Counted from the stretch's first letter, positions 25,115 to 40,400 are shown. The stretch: DNA of 64,000 nt from Antedon mediterranea (GCF_964355755.1 NC_092675.1:18324912-18388911), one strand, 5' to 3'. The notes: a model not told the origin generated them from the letters alone. Numbers and translations: made by a program.

Positions 25115-28100
25115 TTAGGAAAGGGTTTTGGAGAATGATTTTGGTTCACGGCCCTCCGATACGCAGGTGATTGGGATGAATGGATGTTTGGTTTTGCTCA
25201 AGTAGTTCTGAAAAGAAAAGAATGATAATGTATCATTTTAAAAATACTGTATTATTAGGGGGGTGGGGGAAATGCGCATGTCTTAAGGCCAACTCCGACA
25301 GCGTATTGTGACCATATATGTAATGTCTATGCTGAGAATAAAACTTATTATGGCTACAATAATAGGTACAGTCAACTATTCTAGGTTGTAGACGGTGGTT
25401 CGTCTTAAAAACCACTTGTTTAACTTACGTGAGCGTATGCAAATGCGTTTTTCTTCTCTGATGCGTCAGCTGCTTTACCGATCCACACATACATTTCAAC
25501 AACATTGTCCAGTAGAAATACATCCTGAATATTTTACATTTGTGACAAAATTAACAATAAAGAAATACAACGTCTTATCCGGGGTCTTAACACAATGTCT
25601 ATCGATACTATTGAATACGAAATAACACAGGTGATATGCAATACAGTACATACAACAATGACAAAAACGTTAACAACGGCATAACTAATTAACGGGTAGC
25701 ATCACTTCTAGGCCGTATCAAATATTTGTTTAAAATGATAATGTTACACTCACCCCACTTTGCAATTTGCTTTTTGGAAGAGAACCATTGGCTACTTGAT
25801 CGAAGTGAAGTTTACCTCGATCTTGCAATCTATGAAAATAAAAAGATTATACTTTAAATGACTTTCTTTAACCTATCCCCCTAGTGTAATGAATATGACG
25901 TATTAAGTTCAAATTTGCGTGTCATACCTCATATCCCGTCTTCATTTGCGTATTATGTTTAATAATTTATCATGGTTTGTATTTGCATGTCGTAGCGGTA
26001 GCCTATTCCTTTAGAATGGTTCCACCTAATCAAATGACTGATGAATGAATATAACATTGTATTCTTGAGCAAGAAAGAATCATGTCATTATGTCTCTTCT
26101 CATGTGTCCTCATAATAGAGGTGTCCCTGTATAGTGGTTGGTCGTAGTGATATTTCCCCATGTTTCTTTCACAGGAAAGTGTACTCTCTTATGGGTGTTC
26201 CCTCAATAGGGTGTCTCAAATGAGCGGTTCTAATGTACTGTGACGTAATAATTCTTATCTCCTTACCTGAACATGGCAGGCTTGGAGGTATTGTCAGTCT
26301 GGTCTTTGGCAGATTCTAGGGGTTCGTCCGACAAAGCCTTATTGAACGGATGATCAGAGGTTACTCGTCTGCTTTCAAGTGTTTGACTCTCTGCCTTTCC
26401 GCGCTCGCTCTTCAAGTTAGTTAGGTATTGCATAGCCTATGAAAACAATTGATTGGTGTCCATTCAGCTGACCAATATAATCATCTGATATGACATATGT
26501 TTGTCGTTCTATCTTATAAAGATGACCAGGCAAGAGATGACCTTTCCTAAAAACTTTACATGAACTAATCTGACAAATCATATCTTATTCATACTTGGGA
26601 GTGGAATACAGGATTTGAACCATAACCTATGGCGTTTTACCTTGAATTTTTCGTCTTTGTTGCAATCCTCACCATTCCACTGGTACAGCTGCAGACCAAG
26701 ATCAAGGATGAATACATCGCCAGGATTTAAGCAATGTTTGTTTAATGGACACTGAAATAGATAATATCGTTCATTATTTTCCAGACAGATTATAAGTGTA
26801 CCGTACGTTCCTATATTTAAGCACAAATAACATTTCCAGAATGTAATACGTCACTTGTTCAATTGTGGCGATCATTTAAATCCTCAGCTTGAAACAGGCA
26901 CATCACTGAAGCATTGTGCAAGTAGTGAAGCGATATTGGTATTTGAATCAACAACAGGTATACTGTAGTCATTCCTCGCTATATTCTACTGCGGCAATAT
27001 TTGATCGTATACCATACAGACCTTATTGTTATTATTATTACTAGATGGTACGCTCGCTTCGCTCGCGTACCATCTAGGTCGTGCCCACAGATGGTTCTCA
27101 GCGTTAAAAAAACTGGCGATTTCAAATGTACGTACCGCAGGACAATAATACATGTCGTTTACAGGAACGAATAAATAGACACTGATTTTTGTACTGTAAA
27201 ATTAGTACCCTGGGAATTACTTCCGAAAGAGAAACTTGTCCCAAAATGAGACCAATTGTTTAAGTCAAATTTAAACAAACTTAAATTGTGTTTTGTATGT
27301 AACATTTGGGTTGAGGGATGGGAAAGAGGATGGGTGTAAAGAGGAACAATTTTTAAATATATTCTTTACCCATTTATTAACGAAATATTAATTGTTTTCA
27401 TGTTTTACAAATAATATACCACTAAACACAGTAAAACATTGCGATTTAATACTTTGTTGAAACTATCACCGTAATAGTCGATTGAAATAGTACAGTACAT
27501 GTAACGATACATCACTACGACGTATATATGTTTATATAATGTAAAACAATTTGTGAAAACCACCTCTATTCGGGGAAAATCATAAATTCGATTTAATCGT
27601 CAATAATATTAAATTATCTAACTCAACTTAATTAGTAGGCCTAATGGTTTTCAATTGTTTCTTAGAGCAAATTCATACTTAAGTTGGTTCCTACCCTACC
27701 CACCCCCTACCCACCAAAGTTGTTCTGCGTTTAGGGCATGTGATGTACCGTAGGCCTATCCTCTACTGGTTTTACAACGCTACTCATGCCAGTGAGGAAA
27801 GGGTGATGATATGGGTGGTTTAACTGCAATAATAAAGATGTGTACATAATATACGGCGAGTGAAAACTCTAGCTCATTATCCGTTTAAAAAAAATTTATA
27901 TCCAACCTCTGCAGCACAGATTGAAAAAATAATGGATCGAATTTCTGTTATGAGTATACAGTACCTGTACTTGCCTTTACGACGCCTGAGGGAATAGACA
28001 CTTGTGGAACAGAGATTGGAATGTTCCATTCATCGCAAATCAATACATTTGTATAAACGTATATTAAATCTATCAAAATAGTATTTTTTAAAGAAAATCG

Positions 28101-30262
28101 GCCTGTCTTCAACATTATGATGCTATACTCGAGCTGTTCAACCGGTTTTCAGCCATTAAAAACAATTATCGTAGGAGGAGATAGGAAAATGCGAAGCATC
28201 CTCGTATTATTGTCTGCGGGTATTTTTCAAGACGGACATCCATTAGAAAGTGTAGACCACCATCGAAAAACACCCCTATTTGGGGCAAATCGTTGAACCT
28301 AAATTCGTTTTAATCGTCAATAACTAATTATCGAACCCAATTTAATTAGTAAACAGGGTTACATCAGGTGGTTAAAATCAGTACCGAAAGTACGAACCAA
28401 CTTTATATACCATCGAGTAAACATTCTAGAAATAACGCGTGATTTACCGAATTTTGCCCTTACGTAAATTTATATATAGATTATTATTATTATTTATTGC
28501 CAAAAACCAGTTACAAACAAACAAAAACACAGAAACTAAGAGAGTAGGCAGGAACCTAAAAGTGAACCTAATCACTATAACAAGAGTTCAGGTTCCGTAC
28601 TCCCAAAGTAACAACAATGATATATAATAAACTATATAAAAATATTTAAATGACAAATAGACGAATCAACAGTGTCAATATAAAATAAACGGATAAAATA
28701 CATTATAGTCGATTCAACAAAGTCAATATAAAACATGTGATTTAAGTGAATTTAAAAATGTTGGAAAACTGTCTAAAATTAAAGAATTTTTAATTGTTGG
28801 ACTGAAATGAAACATTTAGAGTGTAGTAACACACGTCATTGTCGAAATACCTGTAGGCCTACGAGGAACGTAACAGTGAAAGTATACCTATACCGTATCT
28901 TTCTACAGTATTACATTTTGAACAATAAACATCGCATTACCTCTCTGATTTGGATGTTCTTCTTAACTCCAGAGAAGTGAAGCAGACGGGCTTTGTACTC
29001 TTTGGGTCCCACGTGACGGAATCCGGTATCAGCCCCACCTTCCATAATTCTATAATCAACAATGTTCTGTTATTAATACTCAGTATAAAATATTTTGTAA
29101 ATAAATGAAATGAAAATAAATGGAATGAGAAAAATGAGAATTTATTATAATATATTGTAAAGTAACACAAAAAATGAATCAGATATTTACATATAGTACT
29201 ATATATAAAGTACTTTTTAACGAACGAAAAACAATTAAAAACAGCTTTCCTTGTTTTGTATTATATTTAAATTCTATGTTAACTGAACTGGACTGTTTTT
29301 ATTGTACTGGAATACATTTGCTTCAAAACTAGGCATCTTTAAAATTAAAGATACGCATTAAACAACATAAAAGACTTTTAATTTGAATACAGTACTGTTG
29401 TAATACACTCACGTAATCGCTTGGAAATAGGATTTAAATAGTTCCGATTCATAGTCCATAACCTCTCTGTGTTGAACTGGTTTATCATCTAAAAATGTAT
29501 CTAGTTCAACCGTTTTATAAGCAGCTGTACCGTACTCGTCCTGTGAACAGAGAGAGAAAGATGTTTTCAGCTCATGTAGACCTACGCTTACAGTAAAGAA
29601 ACGTACATCAGGACACCAATTGGAATAGGTCAGTACATTTTTGGGGAAAATATTCACTCTTACCTGAGTTGAATCTGATCCGATCCAGAAATGGAGATCA
29701 TGAAGAAGTTCATCACCTTCTGGGTCTTTCTGTAAAAACAAAAATGTAGGGACACATCACGGATGTAAAATTGCCAGTGTTTTAGCTGTCTACATTAATG
29801 ATGATAAATTGATGTTTCAATTAAAAATACTACAAAAGTTAATTATTGCATAACATTGTGTTTTTGTTAATCCATTTTCAACTTAAAATTAATTTCGTTA
29901 ACCCGTTCTAAAGAAATGAATGCTCTGAAACGATAATACCCCTCTCAAAATGCACCAACCACACCTTGCCAAGCAATGTTAAAACGACGTAATCAAATTT
30001 GAAGGTCAAAACTTACGAATGTGTTCAAAAGAATGTAAGAATCTCCATTGTAGAATTTGCCGTACTCTTCTTTTGGCCAGTGGGTGACCTTAAATTTGAC
30101 GATACGCCAAATCTGCATGCCAACCTTCTGGCCAGCACCCTGCCATGCTGGTTCGGTCTCTGCCGACGCCTTCTTCACGTTCTTTTCCGTGTCAGATCCA
30201 AACAATGCCAAGTTAGAATCTTTCCAGTCATATTCTTTTGGTTTTACGAATCCAGTCGGCAT
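25115..30262 (-). CDS. Three-domain gelsolin/severin-like actin-binding protein, paralog A (~364 aa)
   Basis: 9 exons in frame: 30262-30017, 29729-29664, 29540-29413, 29049-28941, 26751-26641, 26436-26267, 25829-25754, 25524-25429, 25207-25115 (TAA). Gelsolin motifs [77 protein letters not shown]. Confidence 0.95.
27041..28480 (-). mobile_element. Non-autonomous Helitron
   Basis: On the - strand it starts TC (TCTATATATAAA) and ends CTAG, with a GC-rich hairpin at the 3' end (ctagatggtacgc..gcgtaccatctag). It sits between A and T of a (TAA)n tract with no TSD. Confidence 0.8.
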
Positions 30263-32460
30263 GTTTGAATTTTCTTAGTAGAAAAAAAAACACCACAAAA
30301 TAAAGGGTTTAATAAGGTGTAATTAATTTGTCATGAGTGACGGTTTGCCGCTAATCAGTTTCAGTGATGTTGTGGCGAATCCACGATTTTTAAATAGTAG
30401 GCCTAGCATGTGTGGAAACAAGTATACAGAAATAATCATCATTGAACTTAATTTATTTATATCTGGTTATTGTATTGTATTGTTCAATATCTTTCAGAGA
30501 TAAAGATTGCATTAACAGAAATGCATATTTTACCCAGCACTTACAGAATGTATCGCTTAGAATTAGATCTAAAAAAAAAAACCCGATACGAAACAACTCT
30601 GGGTAAAGAGAAAATGTTGGAGTACAATCTGGTACCATCCTCACCAAATGACCCGATATCCAAGTGTGAAGTTACCATGGAAACATAATTGGATATTATA
30701 TGTAATAGATATCACGTCGCTTTGGCTGAGGTCTCATCTCATCGTGTCATAAAGTTAACTATCAAAATGTCAAGAATCAAGGGCCTAACTCGGGGCCTAA
30801 CTAAAGGGTTTGGAAACAACTTAACTTCTAGTAGCACTGAGCCTTGGTGCTATAGGCCTAAGCTGTTTCATTCTGACTTTCTGAGAATTCCAGGTATTTT
30901 CATTTGTTATTGACAGACTAAGCCTATTGCCTGCAGCATATCACACTGTCTAGATTTTGTGTAACGACTCCTTCTAAAACAAACTTTTACCGATGCTGTG
31001 TTTCTTCACTTGTGTGGGGTTAGGCCTATAGTAATTTGTTTAGAATTGTATGTGTTTAATGTTGGCGTAATGGAACTGTTAAAACATTACAAATGTTTGC
31101 GTTGAAGATATGCATGTCTATATGTCTGTCTGGGAGTCGAGGTTATTACACGGTGGGCCCCTAAAAATGGTCACATTTTGAAGAATTGTCGCACTTCATA
31201 ATATTTTCACTTAATATTTGTTGAACTTAAAAAAACTTACTCATCGCACTAAAAAATAATATTATCTCAATGATACCCATCGTTGAAACAGATGTGATAA
31301 CTTGTGAATTTAAGACTATGTATGATAGCCTATACCAATTGTATACCCTCGGTATTTAAACCTGTTAGCATAATGTGATATATGGCTACGATAATTAAAA
31401 TGATGTAGCCGTCTTCAAAATTTATGAAGACAATCTTATCAAAGAATCAAAGAACTTCTATTAATTTAACTTACGACCCGTTATCAGGGATTCCATACAG
31501 TCATATCCCTTAACTCATTTATGTTACCTTCCTTATAAGGCGATCCTACTGGTTTAACATGATCCAGTCAATTTGGACTCTACCATTAGATTTAAAGGTG
31601 AATCAAGTTGTTGTTAAAAACTATTACAAAATATTCCACAGTTTATCTCCATCTTAAATAACATTTTCATTTACCAAGTGTTGTCAACGCTTCTGCGTCT
31701 CATAAAAGACATGGTTGAAATAAAATAAAATTGTAAAAAAAGCAATAATTTTGTTTATTAATGAGGATTATTCAGTTTAATAAACTGAATATGGAGACAC
31801 AGTAATGTATAGACTCTGCTTAGCTTTTGGGCAATATGTACCCATGAAACATCACTCAATTTTATGAATTTATGAAACATTTGGTAAGTCAATTGTATCA
31901 CGTGAGAGGGCAAAGTACAAAAGTGTACAGAATGTGTTTATTGTAGGGCGTGTCTCCAATTTATTTATTAAATTGATTTAATATTAGTCGGGATATTAGT
32001 ATACTGAAGTCCCTCGCGTTTGCGCCCTAATGACGTCATAACAGTTCGTTCCTGGGAAACCAGTGGGGGTTTGTGATTTATATTAAAATCAATTTGTAGT
32101 GATGCATCACCAGGCACACGCGAAAGACTGAGTAACAGCAAATTAAAGGTGGTGGCAACACGTATATTAGCTCTGAAGATGTTCTACGAACCGGGCCCCG
32201 ATATCATTCGAGGATGAACACATTTTACAGTTTAATAATCATTACCATACTAGATTGATAAGCATGCAATTCCCGGAAACTATAAATACACTATTACATA
32301 AATGAAGAGTATCCGTATTGGCAAATAATCCGTCGTTTAAACCAAACGAACTGACTGTTCGGAAAGTTTTCATAATGTTCATTAAGTGTATATAAAACAA
32401 AGAGTTGGAAATATGGTTGGAATTAACAAATATTATAATTATCTAAAACGATTTTAAATA

Positions 32461-32625
32461 TCTTACCTATTTAAATGGCTTATGGCGAATCTTCTACTGT
32501 CGGTATTCAGAGACCGAATGCACTTCCGGAAAGTTAAAGACTCACGTACACCGATATTGATACAATCGGCATACCGTAACTACCCAACCAGCCAATCAAA
32601 TGGCTATAAAAGACCAATCCCTGGA
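32461..32625 (-). promoter_or_regulatory. Candidate promoter / non-coding first exon of gelsolin paralog A
   Basis: Minus-strand donor AG|GTAAGA near 32467, local CpG enrichment, ETS-like CCGGAAGT and CCAAT boxes; an acceptor lies 11 nt upstream of the ATG (30273). Confidence 0.35.
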
Positions 32626-34414
32626 CATACTAGGTGATACCATTAATGAACAGGGGTCGGTGAAATACAGAGTGACACAAACACAAATCGTCAAGTTATT
32701 GAACAAGTGAGAGGTTATTATATGTTTTATGTTTAACTGAACATCGCGCTCCGATTTTTCTTTTACATTTAACAATGAAACTTCAAATAATAGAAATATT
32801 GCCTAAATCACTTTCAGTAATAATTAAACCATAAATAAAGTCAAAATGACCGACCCATTACCAGTTTTTATTGTTCAAAAGACATACAAATTCATGGTAG
32901 CTAGCAGAAATAATTATGAGGTATAAAACTACAATACAGTGAATATCAAAGACAAACAGTGTAGCAGTTTACTACTGCAAGAATCTTTCTTGGTCCAATT
33001 ACAGGGGGCGCTATACTTGTTTAGTGTTATATCAGAATGATAATTTTTTTTTTTAGAAGTAAATGCTTGCAATAATTACCAATGATATCTTATAATATGA
33101 TAAGACCAATATAAAAGTATTATCTTTTTAAGCACATAATATCTTAATTATTTATTTTGCTCAATATTTTAATAATCATATAATATATGCTGAGTTTCTA
33201 GTTTCTTTGAAAAATTGAATACATTACACACTAAAATGTAAAGTCAAATACAGATGAAATCTGTATTCTATTAAAACACATTAGATTGTCCATGTAACAA
33301 TAATATCTATAAAAATGAAAATAAATTGATTTGTATAAATCTAAATTTCTATGGTGGATAAATTCTATTTGTTAAAAGACACCCTAAGGCACTATACACA
33401 ATGTTTTAAAACAATTACTAGAAATATCTTAAAATGCACTCTTTCTGAAGGAATGATACAAATTGAAAGACAGATAGACATGATAGCAATCTTAGTACTA
33501 TCTCATTTAACAATATAAACAAATTTTGTGGTATATTCCAAAACTAGTCTACCATATCTACCATTTACCATGATGTATTGTGGCTGTGTCTTTAGTAATC
33601 TCCAGAACAACATTATCGTAAATCCAAGACATTCTCTGGCCAGGGAAATCTATGGACCGATTACAGTAATTCCCACAATGCATCATTCAAAATGGTGGAA
33701 TTAAGAACAAAACTAATTGTTTAGAAAGTTCATGTAATAAAAAATTTCACCCAATTCATGAAACATAGGTGAAGATTGTGAAAAAGATCTAAAAGGTAGA
33801 ATACTGCACTAGATATATTATAAAGCACTATCAAATACATTTAAAACGTCAGAAAACATCATTAGGAAAATCTTAACATTCAATTATTAACACACTTAGT
33901 TGCATAATAATATCCAATTGTGTTCAGTGCCAACATCGGACAATCACAAAATCTGAAATAATTTTAGCATTGGGTTTAGAACATTTTCAATTACAGAAGG
34001 ACTAGGTTTACATTACACTGTATTCATTTTGTACACATTTTTACTATTTATCAGTAAACAATTTGCAAAATATTACAGCAAAAATATACTTAACCCACCA
34101 GGCAATTTCATTGGTTTTCCTTCAACATTAATGTTTAAAAATGTTAATTGTGGTTGAAACCCTGTGAATATGGCAATTTTTCCGATTATTTTGTAATGTA
34201 CCGGAAAATCCCATGTGATATACTTACAATTAATTTGATTTTCTAATACATTATTATGTCTCAGTTATACATCTTATGACTAAAATATAACTTCATCTAT
34301 ATCCAAAAAAAAAATTAAAAAAAAAAGATTTTTATCATGCAAAATATATATAGAATGGGTTCTTTTTTTAGTGGTAATATTTCACAGTATCTGATAGTAC
34401 TACTGTAATTTGAC

Positions 34415-37400
34415 CTAATGTAATGCTTTCTTGAATGCTTTGCTCTCTCTATGCATGCCCTCTGTCATAGTTGTAACAGAGATGAATGGGTGGCTTGTGT
34501 TTCTCAAGTAATTCTGTAAAATATAAATAAAATACATTTGAAATGTTTGTTAACAATACTGCCAATTTTTTATTTAGTTTTATATAATTTATGTTATATA
34601 CTAGCCAAGAAATACAATACAATTTAATGGAATCACTTGTGTAACAGTGGGACACGTTAGACAATACCTAACGGTGCATCCAAAGCAAAATAAAAAGACA
34701 AAGCAAAATAACATGACGAATAAGAGATCTAGTCTCACTGAATAAGTAGCTCAACTACTATACTTACATAATAATAAAGTTGATACAAATTGAAAGCAAT
34801 TAATATGCAGTATAAATACAAAACAACAAAAAAAACAATTTAAATATTATTTGCAGGGTTATTTAAATTTCAGTTCATTTTTTCCAAGAATCTTTTAAAT
34901 ATATCTTACAAAACTTGTCATAAATTGAATCAAGTGTGGCATTCTCAGAAAATAAATCATCAAGTAAATAGTGAAGTTTTAGGTCAGTGGAAAAACTTGT
35001 AAATATGTCCCAGTACTCTTGTAGATTGTTTTCATATAAAGAAGTTTTAATTTCATCAAACACCTTATATCTAATATCATTTAATTCAGGACATTCTAAA
35101 AATGAAATGTTTAATATTTTCAATTGACCCATTAATACATAATTTACAACTACCATTAAAATTCTCATGCCAACCAATCTTTCTTCTTTCAAGATCCAAG
35201 CAGTTAGTTTCCTAATTTCTACTTTTTATATTTGTTTGTCCGTTGTTCGGAGACGAGGACATTGGATTTGTTAAAATTAAAAGCAAGCTTCCACTTTCTG
35301 GAAAATTCACTTGCTGTTTGGAGAAGAAGGTTCAATTCTCTTTCGTCATTACCGATTAACACTACATCGCCAGCCCAAAAGGAAGCTCCAATTCTAACAT
35401 CAAATATGTTTACTCCAAGGTCTTTCGTACGTATCATTGTTTGAAGTTCATTTATGAAGATGGAAAATAAAATGGGGGATAGTGAACACCCTTGTTTTAC
35501 ACCTTCTTCAATGTTAAAAAAGTCAGTTTCAATATCACCCAACCTAACTTTACCTTTTACATTAACATAAAGATTCTTAATAATTTCTAGCATATTACCC
35601 CTACATATCCTCTTAACAGCTGAAAAAAGTCCATCTCTCCAAACAGTGTCAAACGCTTTCTTAAAATCCAAAAAAGCGAGAAATGTTTTTTTCCCTTCTG
35701 ATTGTTTTGCACTTTATAATGCTCTTAAGTGTGAAGATGTGATCTTCACATCTTCTATCTGCCCTAAAACCACCCTGAATTCTTGAATGAAGTTTGACAC
35801 TGTTTGGGAGATGATACGGTTATAAACTTTAGCAACAGATAGACATATAGATATACTGTAGTTTAAAACTTATAAGTACAATTCCTTTTGGACCCCAATG
35901 GAAACTAACGCCCGTATTCTTAAACCGGACTTTAGTCGTAGTTCGAAGTTCGACTTGAAAAAGTCGAGCTATTACTTCAAATTCGATTCAAAAACGAAGT
36001 AGTCGAAGTTTGCAGTTCGACTTAATGAAGTCGAGCTTTTAGTCGAGTTGCACACGTCTGGGTAACAAAGGCTATACATTGGCCAATGACAAGAGAGTAT
36101 TTGAGGAGCAGACGAAATTTTGCGCATTGATATCACTTTCCATTTCTTACAACACTTTTTACGCATCAGGACTATATACATGAAAAATAATTTTAATCGT
36201 TAATTATTAGAACAATATCAGTATTAATTTAATAGTGAAGTATATTTGATTAACAACAAATAAAATCTTCAAAATATATTTAGGAACCATGGCGGTACGG
36301 TAACTTTTATATTTTCTAGGCCCCCAACAAAGTATGATCGTGACGAACCACGCACTTCATAGCGTGACAAGAAAGCGCTAGGCCACCTAAACATTCCATC
36401 GCGTGGTGAATTGCCGCATCTCCCATTGTCGCTATGGCGTGACGTAGCTCAAGTCGGACTTGCGCGAAGAAAATAATGTAATTTGTATACAGTTGTAAAT
36501 AAAGATGTTTTTCATTATTATAACTTATACCAATGTATATTTAATTAAGCTAATATAAATTTGGATATTTCATTCTTCAATATCTGGCCAATATAACAAC
36601 TCAATCACTGTTACGTTTTTTATAAACATCTTTTAAAAACCATTTAGTCGACCATTTAGCCTGCCTCCTCCAGGACTAAAAAAATCGATCAAAATCCGTC
36701 TCGATTTAGTCGAGGTTGGCCTGATTTAGTCGGTGATTTAGTTGAAGTTCGGTTTATGAATTAAAATGACGTCATTTTTTTAGTTTTAGCTCGAACTACG
36801 ACTAAAGTCCGGTTTAAGAATACGGGCGTAATTTTTTTTTTGAAGATTAATTGGGTTGTCCTGAATTTATTCATCTTCATATGTTTCTCCTTTGTTTTTT
36901 CCTGATGATTTATCATTTGAATTTTTTTATGCATCGACCTCTCTTATGTATGAGGTAGTGATTCGAAATAAAAACAAACATTACTCAATTACTAATCTTT
37001 CACCACATGAAAATATATCTCCTCATTAATTTATTATTTGCATATCATATTTGTACTTACATGAGCATATGCCAAAGCATTTGAACTTTCACTTTGATCA
37101 GCATTTCTTCCAATCCAAACGAACAGCTCTTTAGCTGTGTCGATGATAAATGCATCCTGTATAATACACGTAAAATAAAATGGTTATTTATATTGAAAAA
37201 TAGTTAACAGGAGAAAATGATGTTACAAAATGTAACAATACACTACTTTTACAATATATTTATTTAATGTTATTTATCTAAAAATCAACAATAATTACCA
37301 CCATTAACAGGTTTGAAATAATATAAAAATAGTAGATTTATATTTCATTAAAAAAAGAAATGAAAACATAACATGACAGAACAAGAATATGATATGCATT

Positions 37401-40400
37401 ATGTACATAATATTATTTTAGTATTATATACTTACATCAGATTTCAACTCAGATCGTAAGAGCTCTCCTTCAGCTACCTGCTTAAAGTCAAGTTCACCAT
37501 TCACCTCTTTCAACCTGTATACAGATATATACTTAATAAGTCATCATTTAGGCAACCAATGCTTGTCATACTAAAAATTATAAAGGCCAATTTACACAGA
37601 CGAGTGGTAACGGCAAGCGGAAAACCGCATAGCTTGTCCCATGTAATATCTGTATCTCTCTGAGCAGACACCGCCCGTTTGCTCCGTGTTGTGTGTAAAT
37701 GCTCATGAGGAATAACATTACCGTTACGAAGTAGGGTAAAGTCAACACATCTCTCTAGTCATTTAAATGTTCACTACTTAATTAACATTTAAGATGAACA
37801 AATGTATACTGTATCAAGTGTGTATGAATGTTTACCATAATATAAAATGGTAAAGCACAAAAGCAACAGTGAACCTTGTATTTACAAAAACATTCATTAA
37901 AAAAATATAAAGAGTTGTAAGGCAATATGTAGAGTACCATTGTACCCTTTGAATTTTAATTTAAAAACATTTTCATTATGTAGAGAAGCAAAATAATACA
38001 AAATGTTACACACAGGTAAGAATGACCTAGAATGACCTAGATGATATTTATGTGACATTATATAATGTTGGTATGTCCAAGATGTATGTATATTCTCTTT
38101 AAAAAAGTATTATTAGTGTGCAAAGAATTATTTACAATAAGGGGAATAAGGAACTAATACTGTATAACACGACAAATATTTAATTAAATAAAGTACTCCA
38201 TTTAAGTGGCAATGAAATAAAATGAGGACTGGTTTACAATACTCATGTACACTTTAATATGCACTGAACTGCTACAGGGCTGAGAAGGGATATATGATTG
38301 GATAAGATAAGAGACATTATTTGATAGGAACATTGCTGTAGTGGAATATATTTTGAGGTTTTGATTCAATTGAAGTTGGCAATCTAGTACTCTCTTCACA
38401 CCAAACAAAACTAATGTTTTATTTATGGAAGGCTGACCATTGAAAACAAACAGAGTAATGTAATTACAATTGCAAAAAAAAAAAAATATTTGGTGAAAGT
38501 TATGGAATTGGGATTCATAGACATATTGAAATGGTTCTGAGAAACAAATTGCCATAGTAGAGGCGGCAAAAGCAATGGTACCACATCATACAGTGATAAA
38601 ATAACTATTAGCAAATTCTTACCCTGACCGACGGCTTTGCAATCTTCAAAATAAAGAGTATGTTCAGATACAATAAAATAGATATAAACACTCATCTTCC
38701 ACTATTATTATATGCATCTCCCAAATAATTTGACACTAAAATTATTTCATTTAAAATAAGCGTTGCAAAGATATGACCATTTTGTTTTCAATGGGTCAAA
38801 ACATTCAAATTGAGGTCAGAGGTCAAAGATGAACTTTAGAAATTTGACAACATGGGTTTTTATAACCAGCATGATTAAATTATTCATAAAACACAATGTT
38901 TACAGTTTCCTCATGATCTGCACACGAAGGCCCTTTTTTGACATAGGGATCTGGACTATTGTTTTATGTTTGATAAATATTTATTTCTATCAAATAGTTT
39001 GGTGTAACAGATTAAACAATGTAAATTGTAGGTCATAGATATTGTATTAGCTAAAATTGAGTGTGGTAGGAGGGAGGGACAAAAAGGGAGAGACAAAAAG
39101 GGAGAGAAGGTATACCTGAACATCTTTGGTGGTGAATCATCCTCATGTGGGCAAACTTTTTTTGGACATTCGACATCAGGTAGTAGTTCGTAGAATCTAT
39201 GAGTGTCTGATATACTGCCCTCATCTAGTGTTTCACTCTTTGCTTTACCTCGCTGTGGCATCAAGTCCTCTTGGATGTACGATCTAGCCTATGGCGGAGT
39301 ATAACGACAATGTAATTTTATAGTGAATACCACACCTTTTATACCACATTTTATATATGACAATAGAGTATCATTATTATGTTTAGCACCATAATTCAAA
39401 TACTATGTAGGTACAAAACTTATACTTATACAAAATATAAAGAACCTAACAACAATTGTCATTTAAATTATCTAATGGATTCTAGCATGAAAAGTTTCAC
39501 TTTCTAGGATCCTACAAATAATGAATATTTAAGAGTGGAATGGTAGAAATAATGGCATGAGGTGAATGATGAAAAATTATATTATTTGTACCATTCCACG
39601 AATAGAAAACATTTCTTATTTGGTTTACAGTATATAACATCTATCTATTATTACTTAGTGCTGTAATTGTTAAAATCTATTTAATGACGACCAGATGCAA
39701 GTTTCCTGGATAGAAGGGTCGTAGACATCGAAACACACTCAAGCATACTCGCAACCTATTAGCTCTAATAGACCTAGAGAGTTCGGTCATGCTAATTAAT
39801 TGAGTACGTGCTGGGGAGTTGGGATGTTCTTCTACAATCTATTTTTTTAGTTTTGGTGGTTTCCCATTAACAATCAATGCAGAGGTCCTAGGTTCTCGCA
39901 AATTAAAAACTCCCTAGTAAATGGAACACCGTCAGCTGCACCAACTACGTTGGGATATTACTAACCTTAAACTTTTCATCATAACTACACTTGTTACCGC
40001 ACCATTCGTAAATTTCCAAACCATTGTCAAGAATGAATACATCTTCGGAATTAAGCGATTTCCTTGAGAAGCATACCTAAATAAATACAAAAATAGAATA
40101 AATATGTTAGCCTCATCTATTTTCATAGTTTAATCACTTCATTTTAAATGTATTACTTGATGTAATAAATTACCATTCCTAACAGATACAGTAACTTAGT
40201 ATCTACAAGAACATTCTAGAATAAGATGTTTTGATTTAAGAAACCATGTATACAGTACAGTAATTAATAAGAACAATCAGGAACATTCAAGAAGTGCTAT
40301 TAATAGAAACTGTAATCCAATAGAATAAAAAGTATAAGGAATGATCTAGAAGGTTATGAACATATTGTATATAAGGGGAAGTATGACAATTGTAAGCGGG

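Noticed and set aside
35219-35671. Functional or domesticated reverse transcriptase
   Set aside because: The catalytic motif is degraded (WAGD), and the element is frameshifted, internally deleted and truncated.
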